From the NCBI GenBank assembly GCA_963713615.1, contig CAVQMM010000001.1, forward strand, positions 1,568,001-1,632,000: a stretch of DNA of 64,000 nucleotides, given 5' to 3'. The position numbers and the translations under genes are program-made. Position 1 is the stretch's first letter; each line of letters opens with the position of its first letter. The DNA comes from an uncultured Chlamydiae bacterium. GTDB lineage: Bacteria; Chlamydiota; Chlamydiia; Chlamydiales; JAJFMA01. Below are positions 40,148-50,775 of the stretch, one piece after another. The notes under the pieces were generated by a model. The model was given only the letters and a program-made list of their open reading frames with translations, was not told where the DNA came from and did no database searches.

Positions 40148-40303
40148 CTAAAACCACCTGCTACCAAATAATTTTCCTATAAGGGCACCAATTTTGCGCT
40201 GTCTTCCCGATTTAGTAAGAGGAATTCCGATTGCGCGCGATATTTGCGCTTTAAATGCTGAAATACCTAGAAGCCGTCTCCAGGAAAACCCACCTCTGTT
40301 CAT
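40148..40303 (-). CDS. 51-aa basic small protein, last gene of the kinase-helicase operon
   Basis: MNRGGFSWRRLLGISAFKAQISRAIGIPLTKSGRQRKIG; AGGTG RBS; 19 bp after the 41708-40323 stop. Confidence 0.7.
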   Translation of the reverse strand: MNRGGFSWRRLLGISAFKAQISRAIGIPLTKSGRQRKIGALIGKLFGSRWF

Positions 40304-40322
40304 AAATTCACCTAATAAATGT

Positions 40323-41708
40323 TTAAGTTTTGCGATTTTGAAGGCTAGGACCATGAGTTCTACTACGCGCGTCTGAAATAACTGAACTATTCTCTACTTG
40401 CTTTAGAGCTTTAGCCCCAACCGGTAAAGCTTTTTCGATATACAAAGCAGTTCCTGATTTTTCGAGTAAAGACTTAAGACGGGAGAATTCAGAGCACCAA
40501 ATCGTTTCTCTATCTGAATCTTTAGAGGCTTTAGAAGCATCGTTTACCTGCTCATATGTAACAAGCTGCACCTGCATTCTTTCCGCATCTTCAACAGCTC
40601 CAAGCTCAACCCCATAGTCATTTTCGTTGGGTTTTCTAACAACAATACGACCATTTTCCGCCCAAGCTGTTGCCATATTTTCTCTGACTTCATAACCAAG
40701 CTCGGATAATCCCTTTAGAATAGCCTCTCTTCTTGAGGCTCCTGCCATAGCCCTTGTCTCTTCTTTGAGTAAGGCGACACCTTTATCTCTTAGAAGCTTG
40801 CTTGAAGATATATCATTGGAATCAATGGCTTTTGTTAGCAGAACTTCAAGGTCTTTGGCCGGTTTGGATGTCAATCTGTGCAATTCGCTGCGAATCTCCC
40901 GCATTGATGCTATTGCAAGCTCTTTGGCCTTTCGTTCATTTGAGTGAGCTACTAAATCAAGAATGAGAGAATCGGTTAAAAGAGAACGACGACTTGAAGA
41001 CGACTCTTGTGCAATCAAAGTTGCGCGAGCAAGGAATGGTTGAACGCTTTCCCCTTCAATAGCTTCAATCTCAGCTAATAGTCTATCTAATCGTCGATCG
41101 GCTTCTATAGCCTTGATATCCCCTTCTTGACGCATTTTCCAGTCAGTGAGAGTTTGTAGCTTCTCTCCTTCCGATAGCTTTTTAGAGAGTTCTTTTTGTA
41201 GAGGGGTCATGCTTTGCTTTTCAACCGCGCTGAGGGTGTATTCAATCAGTATTCGGCTCAGCGTTGAATTCATAGTAGCTAAATCTGCCTCGTTAGCTGT
41301 TATTGCAGAAGAGGCAATATTCGATAATTCTTCCGGAATTTGACGGTGGCTTGCTTCAAAAGTTCTAATAAGTGTTTCTGCAGAATACTGTAATCGTCTA
41401 CGCAGGCTGCGTTCTAGCTCTGCTTTTGCAATCGTTTCAGTTCGAATACGGCTCATATCGGCTTGTAAAGCTGCTATTTCCGTAGCGCATTGTTTCTGTA
41501 TATCAAGAAACTGTTCACGTTCAAACATCTTAACAATGGAAAGAAACTTGCTTTCTACTGTTTTTTCCTCTTCAGAAGTCAACGCGTCATGGTTAGAAGC
41601 ATATCTACGCCATTGATCGATCGCATCTTGAAGGGCATCGATTCGGCCTTTGCAAATGGACATCACTTCTTGTTTTGTAACAACTCGCACAACCTTAGGA
41701 CCGCTCAT
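40323..41708 (-). CDS. Coiled-coil-rich hypothetical protein
   Basis: 461 aa; MSGPKVVRVVT start; C-terminal RREAILKGLSELGYEV...ETIWC; 6 bp after the helicase stop. Confidence 0.85.
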   Translation of the reverse strand: MSGPKVVRVVTKQEVMSICKGRIDALQDAIDQWRRYASNHDALTSEEEKTVESKFLSIVKMFEREQFLDIQKQCATEIAALQADMSRIRTETIAKAELERSLRRRLQYSAETLIRTFEASHRQIPEELSNIASSAITANEADLATMNSTLSRILIEYTLSAVEKQSMTPLQKELSKKLSEGEKLQTLTDWKMRQEGDIKAIEADRRLDRLLAEIEAIEGESVQPFLARATLIAQESSSSRRSLLTDSLILDLVAHSNERKAKELAIASMREIRSELHRLTSKPAKDLEVLLTKAIDSNDISSSKLLRDKGVALLKEETRAMAGASRREAILKGLSELGYEVRENMATAWAENGRIVVRKPNENDYGVELGAVEDAERMQVQLVTYEQVNDASKASKDSDRETIWCSEFSRLKSLLEKSGTALYIEKALPVGAKALKQVENSSVISDARSRTHGPSLQNRKT

Positions 41709-41714
41709 ACTCTC

Positions 41715-44700
41715 TTATCCTCCCGAACCAAATTGAATGGGCTTGTCTGCGAACCTAATTCCTAAGGCTTCTTCGAGCACCTGCTTTAAACGTCCCATTT
41801 CTTCTTTTCTTCGATGATACCATGCATAACTAGTCACTCTATAGACATGCGGGATCTCCATGCGCAGGACTTTGGGACGCCAAACTTCACGGGCTCTTGC
41901 TGTTTCTAAAATAGGGTGGCAGTGGGCATCACATTCGATGCCAATTCCAAATCGCTTTTTCTCTGGATCTTCTATTACAAAATCCAATCCAAAAGCATCG
42001 CTTTCTTTGATTGCAGATGTTTTTAGTCCAAGACTTTTGATGAAGGTAGCGACTGATCGAGTAAAACCATCTTTGTCAAAATTTGAGTTTCCCTGGGAGA
42101 CTGGATTTTCAGAAGTGATATTGTCGAGAGACTTTCTGGCTGCTCCCAAAAATCCTTCACTGAGTTTAGAGGCATAGTCGAAGTAAGCTTGAAGGTAATC
42201 TCTAGAGTTTTTAGGGCTCTGGCTCTTGGATAAAGCATCTGAGATCTCGTTGATGGGAAGGGAAGTGATCAGAATGATTTTTTCCCTCGCTCGCGTAATA
42301 GCTACATTCAAACGACGCTCTCCTCCGCCTTGGCTAAGAAGACCAAATTGTCTTCGGAATATCCCTTGCTCATCTCTTCCGAAAGTCGAGCTAAAAATGA
42401 TTACATCCCTTTCGTCTCCTTGAACGTTTTCAATGTTTTTCACAAAGAAGCTCATATCTTCCCTGTCTTGCTGACGTTCTCGTTCTTGGCTTAGAACTTG
42501 CCGGAAGGGGGCATCCTGATCGGCTCGTTCGGCTAGAACATCTTCTATCAGGTCGGCTTGCTTAGCGTTGAAGGTCACGATGCCAATGCTGGGTTTATCT
42601 GGTAAAGACCAATATTCAGCTAGTAGGTCGACGACCCTCTCGGCCTCTTCCCTATTGGTTTGGTTTGCGTAGACTCCGTCGACTCGTATTAGCTCAATAG
42701 GCCGAATATTTTGAATCACATTTTCTGGGTGTCTGACAGGAACGCTTAATCTATTGCCATAGAAAGCTGCGTTTGAAAAAGCAATCAGCTCGCGGTATTT
42801 TGAGCGATAGTGGATTTGTAGCATGGATCTTGGTAAAACGGTTTTCCCAAGAGTTAGCAAATCTGTACAATCTTTAATTTCTCTTTTGTTCCAAGTGTCT
42901 TCAAGTGCTTCCCTTTCCGCATCACTGATTATTATGTCTAGGTCTTCATCAATGGAAGTTGGCTCCTCGTCATCTTCGATTCGTTTCATGAACACGCTTG
43001 TAGGGGGCATTTGTTTCTCATCTCCGCTAATGACAGTTCGTTTAGCCCGATAGAGAGTTGGAAGAGCATTTTCTATAGGGATTTGACTTGCCTCGTCGAA
43101 AATAATCACATCAAACATTCCAGCCCTTAAAGGAAGCAGTTGGCTTGCGGTATCTGGATTCATTAGCCAGACTGGTCGGAGATGTCCTAGCCCCATATCC
43201 CATCCGCGCTCAATGACTTGCCGAAGACGACGAGCTCTTGGACCTCTTAGACGAGTGATATCTTCCCAATCTTCAGGACCCCTGATCTTCTCTATATCTA
43301 TATTGTAAGCCAAGAACTTCTGGTTCAATTTTCTCATGTGAGTAGTTGATTCGTCGAGAGTTTGGATTTTCCGTGAGAGCTCTTTTTGAGAAAGACGCAA
43401 GATTGGGAAGTTCTGCTCGATTCGGTCTTTCCAGGCAAGTCGGGCTTCACGAGCAATAATTCTTCGAATCACTTCTTCAAGTTCTTCTGCAGGATATTCC
43501 CTCAATTCTTTATCTTTTTCCCGGAGAACGGCCAAAATCTTTAAGACCTCCAGAGAAAGATTTGGTGCTTCCAGGCGGAATTCTTGATAGGCAGAGAGGG
43601 ATGGGAGTGCTTCAACTAAGAGGTGGAGATCATGAAAACTAGACTGATTATTATGAATATTTGCTTGGCAAAGTTCAAACAACTTTTCAGAGAAAAATGG
43701 AACTAGCCGGTCTAAAGCCTTGATGCTCTGTAGTCTAGATTGATGGCGCGCAAAGGCTTTTTCATACCGAGAGATAAGATCTTGGTACGCGCGTACACCC
43801 ATTTGGGTTATCGGCTCGACTTCTTCTTGGCGAGGGCAGGCATGAAGGGCATGGATACCTTCTTGTGCTAAGCGTAGCTCCTCTATCATACGATCGGCCT
43901 TCAAACGCAACTCCTTCAAAAATAAGGGAGTGGACGTATGCCTGTCGGCGTAAAGCAGATTAGAAAATTCTAAAAGCTTCTCTCGGATCGGTCTTTGTTG
44001 CAGTTCGAGTTTAGCAGCATCCTGAAGTTGTAAAATATGCTGCATCCTTGTGCAATTCATCTCGCGTAAGGGATGAAGACAAAGCTCTTGGTGGGTTAGG
44101 CGCAAAGACAGTAATTGCTGGATTCGCTTACAATTTATATTGTACGAAGAATTAATACGATATTTTTGGTAAGCCGAGAAGGATGGTAGCGCTTGATATA
44201 ATTGTTGAAGCTCGTCAAAATTCAATCTATTATTTCGAATATTAGCGTAACATCGCTCAAATAGTGCTTCGGAGAAAAATGCAGAAAGGCTCTTTAAAAT
44301 ATCGATACTCTGACTTCTAGCTTGCTGGCGCTCAAAGGCTTTTTGGTATCGAAAGATCAGATCGTGATATGCGAGTTTACCTGTTTTGGCTATTGGCTCG
44401 ATTTCTTCTTGGCGAGGGCAGGCATGAAGGGCTTGCACACCTCTTTGTGCTAGGTGCAGATCCTCTATCATACGATCAGCCATCAAGCGCAACTCCTTCA
44501 AAAATAAGGGAGTGGACGTATGCCTGTCGGCGTAAAGCAGATTAGAAAATTCTAAAAGCTTCTCTCGGATCGGTCTTTGTTGCAGTTCGAGTTTAGCAGC
44601 ATCCTGAAGTTGTAAAATATGCTGCATCCTTGTGCAATTCATCTCGCGTAAGGGATGAAGACAAAGCTCTTGGTGGGTTAGGCGCAAAGACAGTAATTGC

Positions 44701-47700
44701 TGGATTCGCTTGCAATTTATATTGTACGAAGAATTAATACGATATTTTTGGTAAGCCGAGAAGGATGGTAGCGCTTGATATAATTGTTGAAGCTCGTCAA
44801 AATTCAATCTATTATTTCGAATATTAGCGTAACATCGCTCAAATAGTGCTTCGGAGAAAAATGCAGAAAGGCTCTTTAAAATATCGATACTCTGACTTCT
44901 AGCTTGCTGGCGCTCAAAGGCTTTTTGGTATCGAAAGATCAGATCGTGATATGCGAGTTTACCTGTTTTGGCTATTGGCTCGATTTCTTCTTGGCGAGGG
45001 CAGGCATGAAGGGCTTGCACACCTCTTTGTGCTAGGTGCAGATCCTCTATCATACGATCAGCCATCAAGCGCAACTCTTTTAAAAATAAAAATGTCGACA
45101 TTTGTTTTTCATGATAAAGCTGGCTGTAAAGTTCTAAAATTGTCTCACGGATTGGTCGTTGCTCCAACTCCAGTTTGACTGCATTTTGAAGTTGTACAAT
45201 CCTTTCCTGAGTTGGTTTTTCGTTACAATTTCTCAAGAGGCTTTGAATCCGTCTGTAGTTTACATACCGTAAAGGATTGAGGCGACCAATTAAGGAAACT
45301 GATGAAGTAGCACTCTTAGCCCATGAGAGCCATTTTTCTACGGTCAAAATAGGCAATTGAATCAATTGGGCAGATAGCTGAGAGTCATGATCTTTTAAAT
45401 CTAAATCGCTTAATGACGCTTTGAGTAATTCAAGCTGCCGAATTAGATCACGACCTTTTGGCTCTCCATCTGCAGGAAATAGGTGAAACCAAGATGAAAT
45501 ATTTTTCCAGTCTACTTTACTAAAGAGAGGCTCATGTGATGTGATCCACTCTTGATGAGGAGATGGGTCATCTATTTCGAAAGATGTGGTCGAAGGCGTG
45601 ATAGACTCTTCTCGTCTTTTTTCTTTATCAATGAATGCAAAAAGAAGGCTGGCGAATTCATTGACTAAAGGAGAGTCAGGGGAGAAGACTTTGAGTTTTT
45701 CTAATGGATTTCTTTCAAAAAAAGAGGATTCAAGCCAGATTCCAACCATCGAAGATCGGATTTTTTCAATTGCCTTGATTTGTTTTTGATGGCCTAAGTA
45801 GGCAACCGATACGATGCCTGTCTTAGCCCATGAGAGCCATTTTTCTACGGTCAAAATAGGCAATTGAATCAATTGGGCAGATAGCTGAGAGTCATGATCT
45901 TTTAAATCTAAATCGCTTAATGACGCTTTGAGTAATTCAAGCTGCTGAATTAGATCACGACCTTTTGGCTCTCCATCTGCAGGAAATAGGTGAAACCAAG
46001 ATGAAATATTTTTCCAGTCTACTTTACTAAAGAGAGGCTCATGTGATGTGATCCACTCTTGATGAGGAGATGGGTCATCTATTTCGAAAGATGTGGTCGA
46101 AGGCGTGATAGACTCTTCTCGTCTTTTTTCTTTATCAATGAATGCAAAAAGAAGGCTGGCGAATTCATTGACTAAAGGAGAGTCAGGGGAGAAGACTTTG
46201 AGTTTTTCTAATGGATTTCTTTCAAAAAAAGAGGATTCAAGCCAGATTCCAACCATCGAAGATCGGATTTTTTCAATTGCCTTGATTTGTTTTTGATGGC
46301 CTAAGTAGGCAACCGATACGATGCCTGTCTTAGCCCATGAGAGCCATTTTTCTACGGTCAAAATAGGCAATTGAATCAATTGGGCAGATAGCTGAGAGTC
46401 ATGATCTTTTAAATCTAAACCGCTTAATGACGCTTTGAGTAATTCAAGCTGCTGAATTAGATCACGACCTTTTGGCTCTCCATCTGCAGGAAATAGGTGA
46501 AACCAAGATGAAATATTTTTCCAGTCTACTTTATTAAAGAGAGACTCATATGATTTGATCCATTTTTGATGAGGAGATGGATCTTCTACATCGAAAGATG
46601 CCATTGACTGTCGGATGGATTCATCTCGCCATTTTTCTTTATCAATGAATGCAAAAAGAGAACTGACAAATTCATTGACTAATGCAGAATCAGGAGAGAA
46701 CAGTTTGAGCTTTTCTAATGGATTTCCTTCAAAAGAGGACTGCAACCAAGTTCTGGCGATCGGAGCACAGGTTTCTTCAATTACTGTAAGCCGTTTTTGA
46801 TCGAGGTCTTTTAATACTCTTCGTAGAACAGGCACATCAATCAATTTGATTTCTTGATCTTCTAGATCGATTAATTGACCTAAGAGGATTCGATAGCTTA
46901 GTCCCGTTGTTTGGTCAGTTGTGTGAATCGCTGCATGGTGCTTATCGATTTCCCTTTCTAAGTTTTCGATTTTTTCAGCCAGCTCTTCGCGTTTAAGTCC
47001 TACATTTTCCGCACTGTAGGCGCTGATAGCTTGTACAATCCCTTCGATTTGAGATCTCAGATTTTCTAGGACAGAGGCACGATCTTTATTTACGTGCGTT
47101 ATATAGAAATAACGATTCTTAAGCCCTTCTGCATCGAGTCTTTTTGCCAGGACTTCTAGAGCTGCAGACTTTTGGCAGACAACGAGTACTGTCTGATTGC
47201 GACCGATGCAGTCCGCAATGATATTTACAATCGTTTGGCTTTTCCCCGTTCCTGGAGGCCCTTCAATGAGCAGGCCTGGAGTTTGTCGTGCGCGAAAAAC
47301 GGCTTTCTCTTGAGAAGGGTCACTCTCCATTGTGAAGAAACGATCTTTTTCAGGAATCGAAGGAAGGGCGGGGGAAGCGAAAGGCTCTCTGTTCACGCGG
47401 AGTGCCATTTCTAGTCCCGTTCCATTTACGGACTTTTTCCTCATTTGGCGCAAATCTTCTCCTATGGCCTGACCCATAAATTCAGCATGGAAGAGAACGG
47501 CAGAGCAAACCACTTGCCTACTTCCTGCCTTAACTGTGTAGTCATTATCTGGCAGAGCACATAGAGACCTTTCTCTTGGATCTGCTAGGGATCCGAAAGC
47601 ATCGATCACGTCTCCGATATGAATCGTAGACCTTCCTAATAGCTCTTTAGCAGTTTCTGCACATCGTTTCGCTTCTTCAGTACCAATCAGTCCCATAAGA

Positions 47701-50123
47701 GCTGGATTCACTCTCACTTCTTCTCGATCACGATCAAAAAGAATGCAGACGCGATCTCTATTCTCAATGTTAATTTTGATAGGCCAAAGCAAAATGGGCG
47801 CAATTCTTGGTTTTTTTTCTGTTGCCTCCGCTCGGCTGTCTTTCATGACAAGGAATGGAAATCCAACATAGAGGCTATCGATACCTGTATCCTTCCTATA
47901 TGTTTTTGCATGGCTTACTAGATGGCGCAGCCTTCGATCGAGATCAGAATCATCTTCAAAAGCTATCCTATCGATTCCTATTGGAGTCTCTATCCTACTC
48001 ATTAAGTGTTCGAGAATGGATGAGGCTTTTGTTTTTTTCCCTGCAATACGTGCAAGGTCAACACGCGAATTAGATTTTCCGATCAGCATTCTAACAAGTG
48101 GGCCTCGTTGTGCTAGACTTGCAGTACGCTTTTCGAAAAACTCCAGTATCGTAGAAACATACTGCTGTCGAGGCAGCTCCTGCCAGGATTCTTTGGAAAC
48201 GGAGAGGAGAGCCAATGCTCGGGGAAGTGAAATCCTTCTCTCATTTCTGAAGGCATCGGCCCACTCATCCACACGTGCAATTCCACATCGTGAATAGTTT
48301 GCAGTTCGCTCTTCGATTTCTCGGTAAAGATCCCTTCTTGAAATGTCAAACCATTGTTGTGCAGCTGACCCATCGTATGAAGGAAGGCCAGCCTGTGAAG
48401 CAACGGCATTTGCCTGATTTAAGATTTGTTCGGCGGGTTGATACTGCTGAAGACTGGCTCCGAGGAGGATTATCAATTCTTCATCGGTAATTTTTTGTCT
48501 ATCCACCAACGAATTTATACCACTGTGGTCAGATCCTGGATACAGCCGACGATGAATGGCCCATAGGCGTTCCAAATTTGGTCGGGAGGAAGTAAGTGCT
48601 AATAGTCTAAAACTTTCTTCATTGAGTTCGATTTCGAAAATTTTAGCTCTTGCACGTGCTCTTTCGATTCGATCATGCAAATCGCAGAGGTGAAGCTCGC
48701 GGTTCATTTGACGGAGCTGACCAATGAGGGGACCTGTGATGATGTCGTACCCTTGAATCGGATTTTGCAGCAGCCACGAACATGTAAGGATTTCCCCTTG
48801 ATTGATTAATGGAAGGCTAGGATTCATCCACATCAGAGCTAAAGCGTGCCTAAAATCTTCAGAAACGGAATCTATAGAGGTCGCAAGTCGAATACCGGCT
48901 ATAATCTTAGGGTCTGCTTTGCGATCTTCTAACCAAGTGACTACTACCCCTCTCATTAAAAGATCTTTAGCTTGCTCCCAATTTGCCGCCTCGGCAGCGG
49001 CTAGGGAGTACGCTTTGGGACAAACATAAGAGTGCTCTTTGAATTCTAAAGCTGGGCCATTGTGAGCTTCTTCAGAATTACCATCTGAAGGCGCCTCTAT
49101 AGACTCTCCAGAAAGCCAACTTTGTACTTGTGTCCATTGCCAACGTTGATCGGGATCCCGCGCCAATAATCCACGAAGTAATAAGTTAAGAGCAGGATCA
49201 ATGCCTTTTGGGAGGGAAACTCCTCTTGTTAGTACGTGAATACGAAAGGCTTTTTCATTGATCCCATCAAAACACTGGCCATTTGTAATTAGGTGAAGAA
49301 TAATCATTCCTAAGCTCCACCAATCAGAAGCTACGCTGATTCCTCCTGCAATCACTTCTGGGGCTGTATAATGGGCTGAAATAGGTTGTATGACGGTATC
49401 AAGATCAAAGGTGGAGAGGCGGCTAAATTGAAATCCAGTAAGTAGCAAGCTCAATGGGTCTCGATGACTAATTAAAATATTTTCTGGTCGAAGATTCCCA
49501 TGACGCAATCCATATTCTGTAAGAGTGCGTAAGATTCTCCCTATAGATTTAACGATTTGCCGAGTCATTTCCAGATCGGTGCACGTAGATGTCAGATCCA
49601 ATAAATTTGACTGACCAATAAAACCTGTAACCTCATATCGACGCCCCTGCCATTCACCGTGAGCTAGAAGCTCTGGTACATAGTCTTTTGGCAACCGCTT
49701 GAGGACTTCATAGATTGTTGAATCTGGGTGAGCATCAGGAAGGTATAAAGTAAGAACGGCTTGATGTCCATATCGCTCAACAATAAAAGTTTCGAAAGCT
49801 TCGCTACGACTCTCAAGTTGATCAATAGCTGCCCATCCATCAATGACCGTTTCATTTAATTGAGGATTTTCTTCTACGCATTCTCCTGCTACTGCTTCCG
49901 CTGCTCCGCATTCAAAACACATCTCGTCTCCCTCATTGAGAGGGTGACCGTTATGACAGCGTCGTATGGTAGGAGGGGTGATGGGTGTTTCAGGAATGAA
50001 ATCAATCTGGCCAGGAGGTCTTAGAGGTTCTAGGGTTAAGTCCCATCCACAATTTCCGCAGAGGACTTCTTCTTGAGGACGTTCTTGGCTACATCCCAGA
50101 CACTTACGAACACGGATTGTCAT
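41715..50123 (-). CDS. Zn-ribbon / Ser-Thr kinase / DUF4011-like / SF1 (UPF1-like) helicase / Vsr-like nuclease fusion, about 2800 aa
   Basis: CxxC ribbons; RHGNLRPENILI, YTAPE, SDWWSLG; DTGIDSLYVGFP, APILLWP; EGPPGTGKSQT, FDEASQ, SGDEKQMPP, HYRS, NVQGDERD, RRLNVAITRAR; IGIECD. AGGAGG RBS favours start 50123 (track: 50150). Confidence 0.9.
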   Translation of the reverse strand: MTIRVRKCLGCSQERPQEEVLCGNCGWDLTLEPLRPPGQIDFIPETPITPPTIRRCHNGHPLNEGDEMCFECGAAEAVAGECVEENPQLNETVIDGWAAIDQLESRSEAFETFIVERYGHQAVLTLYLPDAHPDSTIYEVLKRLPKDYVPELLAHGEWQGRRYEVTGFIGQSNLLDLTSTCTDLEMTRQIVKSIGRILRTLTEYGLRHGNLRPENILISHRDPLSLLLTGFQFSRLSTFDLDTVIQPISAHYTAPEVIAGGISVASDWWSLGMIILHLITNGQCFDGINEKAFRIHVLTRGVSLPKGIDPALNLLLRGLLARDPDQRWQWTQVQSWLSGESIEAPSDGNSEEAHNGPALEFKEHSYVCPKAYSLAAAEAANWEQAKDLLMRGVVVTWLEDRKADPKIIAGIRLATSIDSVSEDFRHALALMWMNPSLPLINQGEILTCSWLLQNPIQGYDIITGPLIGQLRQMNRELHLCDLHDRIERARARAKIFEIELNEESFRLLALTSSRPNLERLWAIHRRLYPGSDHSGINSLVDRQKITDEELIILLGASLQQYQPAEQILNQANAVASQAGLPSYDGSAAQQWFDISRRDLYREIEERTANYSRCGIARVDEWADAFRNERRISLPRALALLSVSKESWQELPRQQYVSTILEFFEKRTASLAQRGPLVRMLIGKSNSRVDLARIAGKKTKASSILEHLMSRIETPIGIDRIAFEDDSDLDRRLRHLVSHAKTYRKDTGIDSLYVGFPFLVMKDSRAEATEKKPRIAPILLWPIKINIENRDRVCILFDRDREEVRVNPALMGLIGTEEAKRCAETAKELLGRSTIHIGDVIDAFGSLADPRERSLCALPDNDYTVKAGSRQVVCSAVLFHAEFMGQAIGEDLRQMRKKSVNGTGLEMALRVNREPFASPALPSIPEKDRFFTMESDPSQEKAVFRARQTPGLLIEGPPGTGKSQTIVNIIADCIGRNQTVLVVCQKSAALEVLAKRLDAEGLKNRYFYITHVNKDRASVLENLRSQIEGIVQAISAYSAENVGLKREELAEKIENLEREIDKHHAAIHTTDQTTGLSYRILLGQLIDLEDQEIKLIDVPVLRRVLKDLDQKRLTVIEETCAPIARTWLQSSFEGNPLEKLKLFSPDSALVNEFVSSLFAFIDKEKWRDESIRQSMASFDVEDPSPHQKWIKSYESLFNKVDWKNISSWFHLFPADGEPKGRDLIQQLELLKASLSGLDLKDHDSQLSAQLIQLPILTVEKWLSWAKTGIVSVAYLGHQKQIKAIEKIRSSMVGIWLESSFFERNPLEKLKVFSPDSPLVNEFASLLFAFIDKEKRREESITPSTTSFEIDDPSPHQEWITSHEPLFSKVDWKNISSWFHLFPADGEPKGRDLIQQLELLKASLSDLDLKDHDSQLSAQLIQLPILTVEKWLSWAKTGIVSVAYLGHQKQIKAIEKIRSSMVGIWLESSFFERNPLEKLKVFSPDSPLVNEFASLLFAFIDKEKRREESITPSTTSFEIDDPSPHQEWITSHEPLFSKVDWKNISSWFHLFPADGEPKGRDLIRQLELLKASLSDLDLKDHDSQLSAQLIQLPILTVEKWLSWAKSATSSVSLIGRLNPLRYVNYRRIQSLLRNCNEKPTQERIVQLQNAVKLELEQRPIRETILELYSQLYHEKQMSTFLFLKELRLMADRMIEDLHLAQRGVQALHACPRQEEIEPIAKTGKLAYHDLIFRYQKAFERQQARSQSIDILKSLSAFFSEALFERCYANIRNNRLNFDELQQLYQALPSFSAYQKYRINSSYNINCKRIQQLLSLRLTHQELCLHPLREMNCTRMQHILQLQDAAKLELQQRPIREKLLEFSNLLYADRHTSTPLFLKELRLMADRMIEDLHLAQRGVQALHACPRQEEIEPIAKTGKLAYHDLIFRYQKAFERQQARSQSIDILKSLSAFFSEALFERCYANIRNNRLNFDELQQLYQALPSFSAYQKYRINSSYNINCKRIQQLLSLRLTHQELCLHPLREMNCTRMQHILQLQDAAKLELQQRPIREKLLEFSNLLYADRHTSTPLFLKELRLKADRMIEELRLAQEGIHALHACPRQEEVEPITQMGVRAYQDLISRYEKAFARHQSRLQSIKALDRLVPFFSEKLFELCQANIHNNQSSFHDLHLLVEALPSLSAYQEFRLEAPNLSLEVLKILAVLREKDKELREYPAEELEEVIRRIIAREARLAWKDRIEQNFPILRLSQKELSRKIQTLDESTTHMRKLNQKFLAYNIDIEKIRGPEDWEDITRLRGPRARRLRQVIERGWDMGLGHLRPVWLMNPDTASQLLPLRAGMFDVIIFDEASQIPIENALPTLYRAKRTVISGDEKQMPPTSVFMKRIEDDEEPTSIDEDLDIIISDAEREALEDTWNKREIKDCTDLLTLGKTVLPRSMLQIHYRSKYRELIAFSNAAFYGNRLSVPVRHPENVIQNIRPIELIRVDGVYANQTNREEAERVVDLLAEYWSLPDKPSIGIVTFNAKQADLIEDVLAERADQDAPFRQVLSQERERQQDREDMSFFVKNIENVQGDERDVIIFSSTFGRDEQGIFRRQFGLLSQGGGERRLNVAITRAREKIILITSLPINEISDALSKSQSPKNSRDYLQAYFDYASKLSEGFLGAARKSLDNITSENPVSQGNSNFDKDGFTRSVATFIKSLGLKTSAIKESDAFGLDFVIEDPEKKRFGIGIECDAHCHPILETARAREVWRPKVLRMEIPHVYRVTSYAWYHRRKEEMGRLKQVLEEALGIRFADKPIQFGSGG
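43530..45090. repeat. Intragenic tandem repeat B, 582-bp period, three units
   Basis: 43906-44495 equals 44488-45077 with 1 mismatch seen; the third unit is more diverged. Confidence 0.9.
45314..46745. repeat. Intragenic tandem repeat A, 507-bp period, three units
   Basis: TCTTAGCCCATGAGAGC recurs at 45314, 45821, 46328; near-identical except the N-terminal unit. Confidence 0.9.
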
Positions 50124-50775
50124 AAGGCCCCTCCTTTTTTGAGCGCTCATCTTGTGTAGTTATGGCAACGTGACCTTCCTTAGCTAAGATCGTTTTTAGG
50201 CGTCGCATGTCATCACGCCTAGGAATCCCAGCGAGCCATATAGCTCCTTCTTCTTCAAACATAATATCAAAGGTCTTGTCCGATGGCTTAAGAGTGCGTT
50301 CAAATTGACGGAATCGCGTTTCTCCGAGAGGGGTAAGGCAATGAAGACGTTGATTATCACTGCCACGCAGGGCAAGTGTTTGGGAATCACTTTCTTCGTA
50401 AGGGTCTGAAATAAGAGCGTCTATTGTTCCTTTGCACTGATTAACTAAAGGAGCAATCTTCTCAAAAGGATGTCCACTATAAACCAGAATATCCTTAGTG
50501 ATTTTAGAGCGAATCTGAGCAAGGAGATTAATCAACGCTTCAGATTGATCAAAAGGTTCCCCACCAGAAATAGTAATTCCATCCGCCTCGTCCAGCCAAG
50601 GATCGATAACGGCCATGATTTCATTAATTGAAACACCACCCCTTCCAGTTCCCCACGTATCGGCTGATACACATCCCTTGCAACGAATAGAACATCCTTG
50701 AAACCAGATGCCAATACGGCGACCTGGTCCCAGGGTCGTTACTGGGAAGTGGATTCTAGAAAGGTAAAGGATCAT
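50104..50775 (-). CDS. Radical SAM / 4Fe-4S protein, NrdG-activase-like
   Basis: LGPGRRIGIWFQGCSIRCKGC (CxxxCxxC), ITISGGEPFDQ, VYSG, LRGSDNQR. Confidence 0.9.
   Translation of the reverse strand: MILYLSRIHFPVTTLGPGRRIGIWFQGCSIRCKGCVSADTWGTGRGGVSINEIMAVIDPWLDEADGITISGGEPFDQSEALINLLAQIRSKITKDILVYSGHPFEKIAPLVNQCKGTIDALISDPYEESDSQTLALRGSDNQRLHCLTPLGETRFRQFERTLKPSDKTFDIMFEEEGAIWLAGIPRRDDMRRLKTILAKEGHVAITTQDERSKKEGPYDNPCS

Noticed and set aside
50104..50775. Radical SAM gene as the maturase of the (CSxx)6 peptide
   Set aside because: It is 18 kb away, translationally coupled into another operon, short and NrdG-like, with no SPASM-type Cys-rich extension.
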